This document shows, piece by piece, positions 12,114-24,662 of a stretch of 64,000 nucleotides of DNA (positions are counted from its first letter, which is position 1; each line of letters begins with the position of its first letter). Source of the DNA: Callorhinchus milii (Eukaryota). A program made the position numbers and the translations under genes. The stretch is taken from assembly GCF_018977255.1 (NCBI RefSeq), contig NW_024704743.1, positions 13,766,001 to 13,830,000 on the forward strand, given 5' to 3'. The notes under the pieces are model-generated. The model had not been told where the DNA came from, did not search any database, and saw nothing but the letters and a program-made list of their open reading frames with translations.

Positions 12114-14209
12114 GCAAAGGAACCCACTGAATGGGAATCCAAGATGGCTCAGGCTTATCAGCAAGATTTAGGTGCCAACATTATTTTTTGAGAAATCTGG
12201 GGAGCAGTCTAAATTTTAAAATACATTTTATCCACGTTCTTTCAAAAATTAACTGATTGAGTTTATTACAACTTTGAATCCAAGGGGTAGACTTCAATTG
12301 GATTAAATGGGTTAGGGGGGATTTCAGTAAGGCATTCTCTATCCTCTTATGCCTGTCTTCTTCCCGCTTGAAACCCATAACGTACTCTGCTAATACCATC
12401 TTAACGTTAAAGTGATTCTTGTTAAAATGTGGTGGATCATGGGTCAATGAGCCTGTCAGACGATTCAATCTAAAGAGATCTCTGGTATGGACCACACATG
12501 AAGTTATCATGGACCAGCAATAGGCCATGGACTGGTCATTGCAAAACACTGCTTTAGATAGTTGACTTCATTGGCTGCAATCGTCCAATGTCAGTTTTAA
12601 TACGTTTTGCAAGTTCTTGCAGAGGTTGTTAGGGGAAGGAACACACAAGCATCTTTTGACACCTTCTCATAAAAATGATTATTCGAAACATCCTACTAAT
12701 AGCCATGAAAATGTTCACATGGTCACAGCTTGTTCGACCTTAGGGAGGCTGTGGAAATAAAACGGTCGCGCAAGCCCTGAATGAAACCTAAACTTCCAAT
12801 ATATCTTTATAGATACTACTTGTTCTTGTTTCACCCGGACACACTGTTTTCAGATACTATTCTTTAGGTGATTTTGTTTTATCTCTCTCCTTAATGTGTT
12901 TGAGGATTAGGGATCCAGTGATCCAAGGATCTCAATTACAGTGAAGCCCAGTCCTACACCATAGCAAGGAATTGACTAACCATGAGGGCAGCTGGCCAGT
13001 TCCTGTGAAAAAAAAGATGGTCGACTTCTGGGTCAGCAAAATGCCACTTCCTGTTTGCTCTGCAGGTGGCAGTGAAACGGGGAACACTGCAACTGCATTA
13101 TAAGATGACTGCACCACAGTGAAGCGGGTTATAATGGAGTTTCACTGCACATGCTTAGGCCCCAACAGAAACAAGCAGACCAGGAGCATTGCTTTGGGAA
13201 TGTCTTAGAAGGGCACTCGGTAATCGCTGTCTCCTTGTGACCAATGCCATAGTACTACTATCAGCTTTCCTGGTGGGCAGGCAGAACCTTCCTTGGCTTA
13301 ACCATTTAAGGTCCTGGAATAAATCTTTCAGTTTTCAGACAAAGTGAAAAGAACCTTCAACCTCACAGAACACCGTCAATATCTGCCATGGAATGATTTA
13401 TGATTGTTCTGAGGGATTTCAGAATAGAGCAAACAGCAAAGCTGCCAAGTTAATTCTTTTGTAGCTGGGTGAATGACATCTGTTTTGCCCTTGATGAAGA
13501 GCAGGCTATGAGATGTCAAGCATTCTTATTTATACGGTAATCCTCTGTATAGTGTGATTGTACATAATACATGGACACGCTATCTATCTCTGGTGTGGTT
13601 AGCTTACACCTACCATCCAAGCCTAAATTCTAAAATAATTTGAGTCTAAAATGATGTTTCTTTCCAGGAAGCTTTTATGGCAAACTATAAGGCAATTGGC
13701 AGTAGAATGAATGCAAGATTCCTGAAGGGATGGCTCCAATTGAGGATAAGTTGAAAGGTCATTATTTGACCTTGGGAATCAGCTGTAGGAAATGACTGGC
13801 ACTATCTGGAATGTTAAGCAACCTCACTACATCAGTCTTCTACAAGGAATAAGGAGAAGGCAAAGCAATGCAAATGCAAGGCAGTCAGTTCGACAACCTG
13901 TTATTCTTTTATGTTTTGAATAATGTATTATTGGACTTCTTTTGTGTGTTTGTTTAGGAATTAAAGAAGGAATCTGTCAAGGTTTTCTTTCCATTGTTTG
14001 CCTCTTTTGAAAAGATTTAGTTTCTGAGCAACTACTTCACGCAGAGGGAGCTCTCATGACAGAGAACATTCTGCTTGGGTGAAGGCTATTTCAGACATCT
14101 ATCTGATTGTCGTCAAGTGTTTATGAGAACAATGGTATCCATTGAAAAGTCAGCAGGAATTCAGTAAACTTGTTAAATAGAGTCACTTGCAATAATACTG
14201 TAATAGAAA

Positions 14210-14602
14210 GTAATCCCTGTATTTGTTATAGGAAATGTCAAGAAGCCACCTCAACCGGCTTTACAGTAAAGTATATAATGATTATGTATGTTGTAGACCC
14301 ATATGGGAGCCAACTTGCACGCAGCATTGTCCCTCAAACAGCTTTGGGGATTGCTAGTCAGAACACCGGGAAAAAACTCCCTTCTCTTTTCAAATAGTGT
14401 CATGGGACCTTTAACGTCCATTTGAACTGGCAGACGGGACCTTGGTTTAATGTCTCATCTGAGGAACAGTATGTTGAAGAATCCAGGACACCATATTGGA
14501 GTGTCAGCCTGGACTGATATGAGTTCAAAGTCCCATTGTGCGGCTTGAACCTACAGTTTTCTGATTCAAAGACTTGATTGGTACCAAATGAGCCAGACTG
14601 AC
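14210..14602 (-). mobile_element. DeuSINE, near full length
   Basis: Reverse core CATGGGACCTTTAACGTCCATTTGAACTGGCAGACGGGACCTTGGTTTAATGTCTCATC; head ends TGAGCCAGACTGAC. Confidence 0.8.
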
Positions 14603-14611
14603 AGCTACTCT

Positions 14612-14726
14612 GAGTCCTGTAGCTCAGTGGTTAGAGCACTCACCTTGCAAGTGAGAAACCTGTGTTCGATTCCCGGCAGGGCAAAACCTTGGGCAAGTTT
14701 CCTTACTCCACAAGCCTGATAATAAT
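14612..14726 (+). mobile_element. tRNA-Ala SINE head (5' half only)
   Basis: GAGTCCTGTAGCTCAGTGG...GTTCGATTCCCGGCAGGGC...GCCTGATAATAAT, then an abrupt switch to other sequence. Confidence 0.85.
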
Positions 14727-14795
14727 TTCAGTCAAAATATTTCAGTAACACGGAACTGGCTGGCATGTTCACAAGACTGGGGGAACTGTGTGTGT

Positions 14796-15110
14796 GGAGT
14801 TCTGTAGCTCAGTGGTTAGAGGACTTGCTTTGCAAGTGAGAGACCTGGGTTTGATTCCCGGCAGGGTGAAACCTTGGGCAAGTTTCCTTACTCCAGACGC
14901 CTGACAACAGTCCCTCAAGAAAAAAAACGATAATAAATTTGTCACTTCAATCCACGACTGTTTGTGGGACACTGCTGTGCGCAATTGGCTGCCGCGTTTC
15001 GTCCACAAATATACAGTCAATTCACTTTACAGTCTATTCTGTGAAGCGCTTTAAGACGTCTAGAAGATATGAAAAGCGCTATATCAAATGGAAGGATTAT
15101 TATTATTATT
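14796..15110 (+). mobile_element. tRNA-Ala SINE, short form
   Basis: A/B boxes, shared body and (TTA)n tail; preceded by a ~69-bp leader shared with the 32.6-kb copy. Confidence 0.9.
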
Positions 15111-16219
15111 TAGTTCCCATGGATCAGCTAGAGTCAGTTTATGGTAATCAATTATCCTCCTCCTATGCTATGCTTCATACACAAATTCAATGGGTGACAC
15201 GGGAGTGTAATTTGAATTGTCAATCACATCTGTCACTACTAATTCTAAGGCTTTGAGTAAAATTTAATCTACAAATGATTAAAGCAGAGAACAACCCAAG
15301 ATTTGACACTGTTTGAGTTACGTTTTCACAGCAGGGTGTTTCAAAATGCTTCCCCCAATATGGTTAAAGGCCTTTAAACAAAATTATTTATGAGATTAGT
15401 CATGAGGAAAAAAGTCCAGAAATAACAACTATGGAAGGATTTCCTGTGGCTGAGCAGTTTCTGCTCTACTGGAAGGATCTCAATGGTTTTGCTGGGCATT
15501 GAAGCTGCAGGAAAACACCAGGGTCATTGCAGTCTGAAAGACACTGCAGTTGTTAACTTATTCAGAAAATCAGTCTTGATATGTCTGAGACTAAATCATT
15601 CCTACTGTGTGAATTGGGGAGGACATCTTTAAGGTAGTAGGAGAAAAAGGCTTTTCAGGCAGATTCTAAACTGAACATTATTTAGCACACAGCCCAACAG
15701 TCAACACCAAATGTTCTGCCAGTGGAGATTTAAGACATCAGGCGCACTGATAAATTAAGTATCACAAATGACCTGGAAATGACACCCCTTAAACGCCTGC
15801 ACAGACCTACACTGAGATTCTGTCAGCAATTCTATTGGAAACTTGGGGTAGAAAATGTCAAAAGCTCTTTGGAGATTAAGGTTTACAGCGAGGGAGTTGG
15901 CTATTTTGGAAAGAGGAAATGAGGGCGAAAAGGTTAGTGAGTTGTGGGACTCTGGAATAACCCCCAAATGCCAAGTCAGCGTGAGAAAAATATGTGGCAA
16001 CTCAATGTGCTAACCACTACATCAGCACTGAAAGAATGCAACAGAGTATCCGCCAAACATTTGAACAATATTCGCTAAGTGAAAATTAGCTGCCGTGGTC
16101 GCCTACAAAATACGCGGTCACTACACTTTACGATAAATAATATGAAACGCCTTTAGATGACCTTCTGACTTGAAAGATACTATATCAAATCCATGAATAA
16201 TAATAAATAATAATCATTG

Positions 16220-16446
16220 TTCGGGCCTTCTGCCTCTCTGCCCTCACCATTTGGAATGCCATCCCACAGTCCCTTCACTTGCTCCCTCCTTTACCTCCTT
16301 CAAGGCCTGCCTCAAGACTCTCCTCTTCAACCATACCTTCGGTCACTCTGCTACCCCACCCTCCCTGCCCTCCATCCCTCCTGATTCCAACACCCAGCTC
16401 GGGTCCAAATCCCTGACTTGGGACATCCTCCCGACGTGCAAGGCGC
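16220..16446 (+). mobile_element. L2 3' fragment
   Basis: FKACLKTLLF; CCCAGCTCGGGTCC...GGGACATCCTCCCGACGTG. Confidence 0.75.
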
Positions 16447-16529
16447 GAGAAGAGAACCAGATTGTCTATCTTAAGAAAACAAAAAATCCTCCCTATTGCA
16501 GGTACAATTGCGAGAGTTGACGGCCACAA

Positions 16530-16865
16530 AAGGCCCAGTTCAATCTGTGCTGATTTAACTGATCTCAGTCAGAAGTAGGCGGTTATAATTGACCTAATTC
16601 CCTCCTCCATCCTCCCATTACCAGGTTATGGACAGAAAAACATAGCCAAGATTCCAACTTGTGTTCGCTATCCAGACAAACAGTGCACGTCAGATAAGGA
16701 CAGGACCGGACTCAGCTGAAATGCTCAACATAGTCACATAGTCTGCTAATAATTATTGGCTAGGCTCAGATATGAATAATGTCACTAGGGGGAGGTATTG
16801 GAGATCACCCAGCATCTGTGGAATCCTGCTCCAGCACAAGTCAGCAACCTCAGAAGAGGGAAGAA
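16530..16865 (+). mobile_element. Ancient tRNA-headed SINE-like 'family Y' (body)
   Basis: TCTGTGCTGATTTAACTGATCTCAG...CGCTATCCAG...AGGCTCAGATATGAATAATG; homologous to 26505-26875(-), 2695-2880(-), 34115-34250(+) and 58855-58958(+). Confidence 0.55.
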
Positions 16866-17897
16866 ACAGGATAGGGTATTAGGAGACAATCAAAAAGGGA
16901 GCTGCCCTCTAAATTTCACTCCTGACTATTGAATGACTGAATTTCGTGTATAATTAGTTCACTTTGGATTGGCTTTCAAGGAATTCAATATCTCTCCAAA
17001 TCATGTGATGGGCACAATACCCCACAAAGACCATTGTCGTGGTACATTCCCAGCAGAAACATCCTACGCAGATAACAGCATCTGGAAAGCATCTGGAAGC
17101 ATTAATGGCATTCTAAAAAGTTCTTAGATTAGTATTTTTAAACAAAGCGATAGCGGAAAAACTCCAGCTACAGCTGAGCAAATTCTAAAATACCAGAGCA
17201 ATCAAGGAAGTCACTGACATCTTGAATTCCTCAGTTAAGCTACTACGGGTACGTTCTTAAGTTCTAGGTGGGCAATGTTAAGAGTCAGCTATGAAATGAT
17301 CAGATTCAGTGACCGAAAATTACATCCGTATGTTGTTACAAACTCCAGCCAATACTGGGATACACCAAGTCTGTAAATGGAATGTCAAGAGGTTTTGTTT
17401 GAAAGCCTGTTCTAGCCAAGAAGGACTAGGATTGAAACAAAAATGAGTTGTGTTTAAGATTTCAGTTTGGCCTCACATGTTAAGCTGGTAATGATTTGTT
17501 CCCTACATCGCAGCCTTTCAGCAGACAGCAATCCTCACAAATCCCACAGCGGTGATTTCGCAAGACTTTCAATTCTTTCCTAAGTTGAGTGTCTCTTTCA
17601 ATGGTTTCCATGTTCTATTCAAGGTTGTCCTCCATGTGGAACATTAACCAGCAGTGAATGCAGCTCAGGTTTCAGAGGGTGAATATATTGCCAACCTACA
17701 ATTCCAAACTCATGTTCTATCATTTATTAGCAGCTTCTAGCCTGACAAGCCAGTTTAGTGCTGGATTGTCAGCGGTGCTGTTAATAATAATAATAATCCT
17801 TGCATTTAATATAGCGCTTTTCACAACTTCTCGACATCTCAAAGCGCTTCACAGAATAGACTGTAAAGTGAATTGACCGTATATTTGTGGGCGAAAT

Positions 17898-18190
17898 TTC
17901 TCGGATGAGACATTAACTGAGGTCTTGTCAATCTGTGAATTTAAAAAAAACATGCCAGCCATATTCAAAAAGGTAAGGGAGTTTCTTCCGGTGTCCTGGC
18001 CAACAATCCCTCAGGTAAAATTGGTCATTTGCCTCAAGGCTGTTTGTGGGACACTGCTGTAAATTGGCTGCCACATTTTCATGCAAATTATATAATCACT
18101 CTTTACAGTTTATCCTGTGAAGCATTTTTAGATGTCTTCCAGACATGAAAGGTGCTACACCAAATGTAAGGATTATTTTTATGATTATTT
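17898..18190 (+). mobile_element. DeuSINE 3' two-thirds (preceded by an inverted SINE tail at ~17781-17897)
   Basis: CGGATGAGACATTAACTGAGGTC...GGTGTCCTGGCCAACAATCCC...tail. Confidence 0.75.
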
Positions 18191-18329
18191 TACAGTGACA
18201 AAGTGGCCATTGCTCACAATATTACTAGATCACAAGATGAGTTTGAATGAAGAAAGCCCTTCAACTTATCCTACCAGAATACTCATTCCACTGTGCTCTC
18301 AACAAGTTATTTTTCAAGTGTCCTGGCCT

Positions 18330-18735
18330 CACCCACCTTCCTGATAACCTGCTCCAGTCGTTAATTTACCTCTGGGTAAAGAAAAACATCCTGGTGACTA
18401 TCCTGAAAAAAAGCGCTTTGCAACTCTGAATTTTGTTTTCTTGTTCTAATGTTTTGATGCATCTGAAAGTATTGTTCAGGGTTTACTTTTTCAATCCCAT
18501 TTAAAATATTATCCAACTCTGTAAGATACCCTCTTAGAGACATGTCCATTCAAGACTGAAGAGGCTTAGCTGGACAAATCATTGCTTATGCTCATTCCTC
18601 TAGTATTGTGGATTATCCTCGTTGCTCTCCTTTACACTGCCTCTACAGCCTGGGTAGCCCTCTTCTATCGCAGTGACCAGAACTGTATGTAGTACTCAAT
18701 GTGTTGTCTGACCAGAGCACTGTACAGTCCGAGTA
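18330..18735 (-). mobile_element. Older CR1 fragment, opposite orientation
   Basis: LYSALVRQHIEYYIQFWS in ORF 18665; IEKVNPEQYFQ in ORF 18361. Confidence 0.75.
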
Positions 18736-18738
18736 TAA

Positions 18739-19635
18739 CAATTTCCAAGTTTGCAGATGGTACTAAGCTGAGAAAGGTAGTAAATGGTGAGGAGGAAAGC
18801 CAGACTGCAAGAGGATATAGACTGATTAGGAAGACACGTGGCAGATGAAGTTTAATGTGGAGAAATGCAAAGTGATGCATTTTGGGAGGAAGAATGAGGA
18901 GAGGCAATATAAGCTGATGGTACAATGAAGGAACAGAGAGATCTGGGGGTTCATATAAGTCAATCCTTGAAGGTGGAGGACAGGAAATAAAAGCTGTTAA
19001 AAAAACATACAGGATACTAGGCTTCATAAATAGGGGCATAGAATACAAAAGTCAGGAAGTAAAAAAAACACTGGTTTGGCCTCAGCTAGAGACTCGGTTC
19101 AGTTCTGGGCATCGCACTTCAGGAAGGATGTCAAGGCATTGGAGAGGATGCAAAGGAGATTTACCAGAATGGTACCAGAAATGAGGGACTTCAGTTATCA
19201 GGAGAGGCTGGAGAAGCTGGGATTATTCTCCTTGGAGCAGAAAAAGTTAAGAGGAGACTTAATAGAAGTTTTCAAAATTATGAGGGGATTTGATAGGGTG
19301 AACAAGGAGAAACTATTTCCACTGGCGGGTGGGTTGGTAACCCGAGGACACCGATTTAAAATAGTTGTTAAAAGAAACAGGGGAGGTGAGGAGAAATTTT
19401 TCACACAGCGAGTTGTTGGGATCTGGAATGCAATGCCTGAAAGGGTGGTGGAAGGCGAATCGATAACAACTGTTAATAGAGAAGTAAATAATTATTTGGG
19501 GAGAACAAGTTTGTAGGGCTATGGGGTGAGAACGGGGGAGTGGGATTGATTTGAATAGCTGTTTTCAAAGAGCTGGCACAGACACGATGGGCCGAATGGC
19601 CTCCTTCTGTGCTGTATCATTCTATGATTCTATGA
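18739..19635 (+). mobile_element. CR1 LINE, 5'-truncated (~0.9 kb), frameshifted
   Basis: Starts ISKFADGTKL; VQFWASHFRKDVKALERMQRRFTRM...RGDLIEVFKIM; ends (ATTCTATG)n, the CR1 tail repeat. Confidence 0.92.
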
Positions 19636-20374
19636 ACTTCTGAGGATCTAAACTCCCCAGTTTAAAATTCTAAACTGTTGAGAATTTAGCAGTGTAGTTC
19701 AGGATCCTGTTTGTCTTGTAAATTGCTGCCTCACACTGTTTTGACATAGTGAGTAATGAGTCAACTAACACTCCCCATTCTCTTTCAGCTTCCCCATGGC
19801 AAGTTCTATCCCATCGATGGAGTATATAAAGAAGCCCATTATGCAGAATAGTTGTAATCTATTATCAGTATGTACATTGCTTTGCTTTCACATTTTTCCA
19901 CAATTACACAGCAATCTAATTTTGATAGCATTGTAAAGTACATCTTTGTGTCTGGGCATTATAATGAGGCATTCAATGCTTGCTTGACCTCTCAAAGGCC
20001 TTATCCAGGTTTTTATTCTTTCATGGAGTATCTCTCGAAGATTCATGAGTGAATGTTTCATATCAAAACATTACTCTGCTGTCAAAAAGTTCAGTATTTA
20101 GATAAAGAGCCACACAAGTTAGTAACATAAATGATTTGAGGAATGAATGAAACATTGTACGCTTGCTGCAGTTTGACTTGGGTGCAGCAATGCTTCTGCA
20201 GAATTGTATAGCAACAACTTGCATTTATGTAGCGCCCTTCACGCCTTCTAGAGTGCTTGCCAGCGGCGGAGTCTGACCACGAGCCAGGGAGAGAGAGAGG
20301 TGACTGGAAGCACGATCAACCAGGAAGGTCTTTAGGCATTATGATAAATTCCTGCATTGGATTCAAACTCAACT

Positions 20375-20730
20375 CCTGTTAACCCTACAAGCTAAAACCC
20401 TAACAGGGAGGGTGGTCCTAGCTGGACAAGCAGCGGGAAAACTTGCCAGACAGAGGTATCAATGCCAAGATATGCAGGTTTAGCTGGTCAGACTCCAGCA
20501 GTACCCCAACACACACCTTGGCTCCTGCCAACCTGCGCCTAATACTTTCAGGAATTATGTAAGCAGGATGCATTGGTCCAGGGAGAGAGTGCGCTGCATA
20601 GACATTCCAACAATTTATCTCTGGATTTCCATGTATAAGTGGGATGTATGGAATTCCCAGTTTATTTTGGATACTCTGAAGCATGGTGATGGGTTTCTGC
20701 ATGTGTCAGACACCTGGCTGACCAAAAAAA
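20375..20730 (+). repeat. Unidentified interspersed repeat 'family X', 3' part ending in an A-run
   Basis: Reverse-complement homology to 48695-49230, 47160-47370, 10362-10480 and 11175-11305; ends GTCAGACACCTGGCTGACCAAAAAAA. Confidence 0.75.
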
Positions 20731-20820
20731 NGTTCGAACTGCCTTGCAAACTTGTTCACAGCTCGCTTTCATTTTCATTTGTAAAATGTTGCTAGTCTAC
20801 TTTCTTATTCTCATTCTCAC

Positions 20821-20973
20821 CTGGTTCCGTTGAGCCAGTTTATGGCCTTTCTTCCAGCGCAGGATTGGTTTTAGAGCCGGTAGTTCTTTGTCATCTTTCC
20901 CACCAATTATGTGCTTGCCCAGGCTGTACGTCACTTCAAACACAATAGGCGAAATAACATCCTTCACCTCCCT
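20821..20973 (-). CDS. ITGA9: Integrin alpha-9 coding exon (human exon 16 equivalent; end of thigh domain), 153 bp, phase 0-0
   Basis: Reverse complement reads cctacag|AGG GAG GTG...AAC CAG|gtgag and translates to REVKDVISPIVFEVTYSLGKHIIGGKDDKELPALKPILRWKKGHKLAQRNQ. This aligns with recalled human ITGA9 RRVQDVISPIVFEAAYSLSEHVTGEEERELPPLTPVLRWKKGQKIAQKNQ. Not present in the ORF track. Confidence 0.95.
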
Positions 20974-22214
20974 CTGTAGGAAGAAAGACAGAAGTAATCA
21001 CCTTAAAAAATACTCTTCACAAATTCCTGCAGGAGGATCACAAATAAGTAGAGAGCACAAGCAGCCCTTTATAGTTATGCCTATGGTTACCTCCCCTCAG
21101 CTCAGCTTCATGCTCCGCCACTGTCAAGCACTCTAGGATGCTTCCCTGCATGTGTGTCGCTGTGTAAATGCAAGTCGTTGTTGTTGTTGTAGTGTACGTT
21201 TGTTGTTGTTATTTATTGATTGAAATATCTTTGCTTGTTCCTCCATTTTACAACATGCTACCTTACATACTGTTCCATAACTGCATCCTTATGAGTGGAC
21301 ATTAAACTTCATCACCACATCTTCTACTTTAACTTACCTCACGACTGCAGAACCTCTGACTTCCCTTGCTCTTTCCTTCCTCTCACAATTTATAAGATTT
21401 AAAATTCAATTGTGCCATCACCCAACCACTTCCTGGCTTGTCTTTACTTTTCTTTACTGTCTTCAACCTTGGTTCTGCATTGCACGTAAGAGCATAACCC
21501 TTCACCTAGATTTTTAAAATTATCACCCAGGCATTGAAGCTTGCCTTGTCTTGTCTTCAGAACTAGACTTAACTATCGTCTAGCTTGCTTGGTTTTCTCT
21601 ATATATTCACTAGCTGGTGTCTCCAGCAACAGGATCGCTACACCAGCTGAACTTCTGAGCAGAGCTCCTTTCTCTGGTAAAGACAAGGGGGGGAAATGCG
21701 ACATGAGCTATCAAACTAATCGATAATTAACAGCCAGCTTCACAGGTTATATACTAGTTAACTTAATTTAAGTTAAGATGATCAATACAACGTTGACTTG
21801 TGGGCAAGACCTCCAACGGTGCTCACGAAAAGATTTGGGTTAGCTTTGGGCCCAATTGCTGGGCTAAAATCGGTGTGTGTGTGGGGGGTTCAAACAGCAC
21901 TATAAATTGCCACTCTTATGCTTGATCACCTACAAAATATACAGTCACTACAATTTATAGTAAATCCTGCAAAGTGCTTTGAAACATCATCCTGATGTGA
22001 AAGGCACTGTATAAATGCAATGTGTTGTTGTTGTTGTTATCACATATAGTATTATTTTGGATCCAACAAAGCAGAACGAAGATCTGAAGAACTAGTCTTT
22101 TCAAGCTCTCAGCAAAGAAGGCAGAAACCGGGAGCACGGAACACAGATTATTTTATCTTTAATAGTTTCATAATTCATGTTCCTGCCTCTCACACTCTCC
22201 CTCCCACCCAGTAA

Positions 22215-22430
22215 CGAATGGAAGGTAACCAGACAGTTCAGATTTCACTACTTTACACAGTCAGTGATGATGATGTTAAATAGACTACCAAGGGAGTCTG
22301 TGGAAGCAGATTGTATCAGCAAATTCAAGTGGGAATTAGACAGCTATTTGGCAAAGAAATTGATTGAGATAGCAATAGATGGCCATAAGAACAGCAATGG
22401 TCTTTTCTAGTTTCATACCTTCCTATGTTC
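22215..22430 (+). mobile_element. Old CR1 3' fragment
   Basis: YFTQSV...NRLPRESVEADCISKFKWELDSYL. Confidence 0.7.
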
Positions 22431-24234
22431 TGATGTCCCCACACAGACTACCTCCATGCAAGTTGTTTCTTTCACACTAGGCAATGCTGCTCAAGTCTGA
22501 ACTCAAAAGACTAGCCATCAGATTAACAAATCTGCTGATACAATCTGTTGCAAAAAATTGTTATTATAACCTTTTTAGAAGAAAACAAAGCAAAAGAAAA
22601 CATTTGATATAGCATCTTATCACGTCTTCGAGATGCCTTGAGACGTCTCAAAAACATGGTAAGGCGGTATATCAAGTGCAAGGATTATTATTATGATTAA
22701 GATTCACTGTGTATCGAAAAGAACAATTACCAATGGAAATTGGGGTATGATTTCGACAGTGCCTCACATCAGCCTCAAAAGAAGAGTGAAATTCTCAGCT
22801 GCAGAAATATGTGTCAGTTCAGCTCCAATAAATCACTGCCAGGAAATGCTTGAGATTTCCTTTAAGTTTATAGAACTCATTTCACTGTACTTGAGTTTCC
22901 TGTAAAATAAACTTGAGGAGTGATTACAAGTGAACAGTGCATCTGTGTTTATTGGCAGTACAGAAACTACCTCTGGCCGCAGTGGGCTCATCTGTCATGC
23001 TCCACTTCACAGTACAACTAACATATTCCGATTGGGACGATTACAACTAAGTGATACAGATACTTGGGATGTGAGCATATCAGTGGTACAAAAAATAGAT
23101 GGGTGATATGGGATGAAAATTTCTGTCATAAACTAATAAACTGGCAGAACATGCTCAATGGGCTGAATGGCCTCCTCCTATTCCAATGTTACTACAGTAC
23201 TCTGGAGGCTGCTGAACATGAGGCTATGGAGTGCAATTGTGCAAAAGCACCTTGGGCCGTCCTCCTGACATGAAAGGCCCTATAGAAATGTAAATTTGTA
23301 TTGTATTATGAAACAGACCTGCTCTACAACCATTCTGGACACAAGTTCAGTGGATAAGAATAGAATGAAATACAGTGTCATCTCATTACGACGCGTAATT
23401 CGGTCATTTTAGTGCAAAAGTGGGCTAGGTTGCCGGTGTGCACAGTGAATGGGTTCCACAGTGCAACTGTGTTACAACTAAATTCACTAACAACTAAGTG
23501 TGTTACAATGTGATATAGGCGTGTTACACCTTTATCAAGAGATAAAATAGAAAACTGGAAATGTAAAGAAGCGTGTTACAATGAAGCCACATTATATGAA
23601 TGAGTGAAGCCCTTTGGATTTACAAAACATTTTCCTTCCCCAGGAATTTATAGTTTGCACTATTGGACAGCAGCTATCTCTTCAGAAGGTGGTTAACCAC
23701 AAGCGAAGCTCCCAAGAAGATAAAGCAGTGCAGCGAGTGATTAGGGGTTGCGTTCCTGGTGCTCTTTCTAATTTCGGGCTTTCTGGATTTTAATGTTGAA
23801 TTGGCGTGGCTGACATCAACTTGCCCAACTCCTGGGAACACACTAATGAATAAACCAAAATCTTCCAGAAACACAGAATGGAGGAAACACTATAAAGGGC
23901 ACCGCTGGCCCTTCATCAAACAAAGCTGCTTTGAAATGCGAGCCCCCTCCCAGCCCACAGCACTCTCACATTGATAGGTTTCCTTTTAACCATAGGTTAT
24001 CTAGTGCCCTTCAGAAATAGGGTGTGCCTGTAATGAGGAATGAAAAACACATTCAACCTGAAAGTTAAGTATTTTCACCTCTGAATGTACTAAAGGAAAC
24101 CTTTTTTGTTAGTTTTGGCACTGTGAATGAAATAGATGTTTTAAAAGATTTTGCTGCTCACATGAATAACATTTGAATGCACATACCCGGATTTTATGAG
24201 TGGGCTGGGGTGATGTTGCTCTTTTGTGCAGTTT

Positions 24235-24662
24235 TATAATAATGATTGCATTTGATATAGTATCTTATGTCAACAGAACATCTCAAAGAGTTTTACCAGA
24301 TTTACTATGTAGTGTAATGATTGGTTATTTGGAAGCAAATGCAGCAGCCAATTTGTACATAACAATGTCCCACAAAGAGCCATGAAACGAATAATCACAT
24401 TTTTATCCGGAGGATTTTGGCCAGGATATCAGGACACCCTTCTCTTTTCGAATAGTGAACAGGATCTTTAACATCCACCTGAACAGGCAGACACAACCTC
24501 GGTTTAACATCTCATCCAGAGGGCACCTCCAACAATATAGTACTCCCTCAGTGGTGCACTGGAGAGTCAACCTAGATTATGAGCTCAAATTCCTGACAAA
24601 GGGTTGTACCCACAACCTTCTGAATCAGAGGCAAGAGCCCTATCAACAGAGGCAGGCTGACA
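24235..24662 (-). mobile_element. DeuSINE, near full length
   Basis: Reverse core AACATCCACCTGAACAGGCAGACACAACCTCGGTTTAACATCTCATCC; head CCCACAACCTTCTGAATCAGAGGCAAGAG. Confidence 0.8.

Noticed and set aside
12181..12549. 122-aa ORF in apparently non-repeat DNA
   Set aside because: No recognisable motif, non-ATG start, and no convincing splice signals; likely chance.
13070..13147. Tigger/pogo-like MITE (CAGTGAAAC...GTTTCACTG); similar hints at 23372-23610 and 41056-41120
   Set aside because: Inverted ends are only 9 bp or heavily decayed, with no clean TA duplication; cannot be supported without a search.
18330..19635. Twin-priming 5' inversion of one CR1
   Set aside because: The two opposed fragments cover overlapping parts of ORF2 and differ in decay, so they are independent insertions.
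20731..20731. Ambiguous base N (also at 63680)
   Set aside because: Both follow A homopolymers; a sequencing or assembly ambiguity, not biology.
21331..21350. Strong minus-strand donor-like site (GAG|GTAAGT) near the 153-bp exon
   Set aside because: The sequence upstream of it on the minus strand is purine-rich, not ITGA9-like, and has no clear acceptor; the preceding ITGA9 exon was not found in the window.
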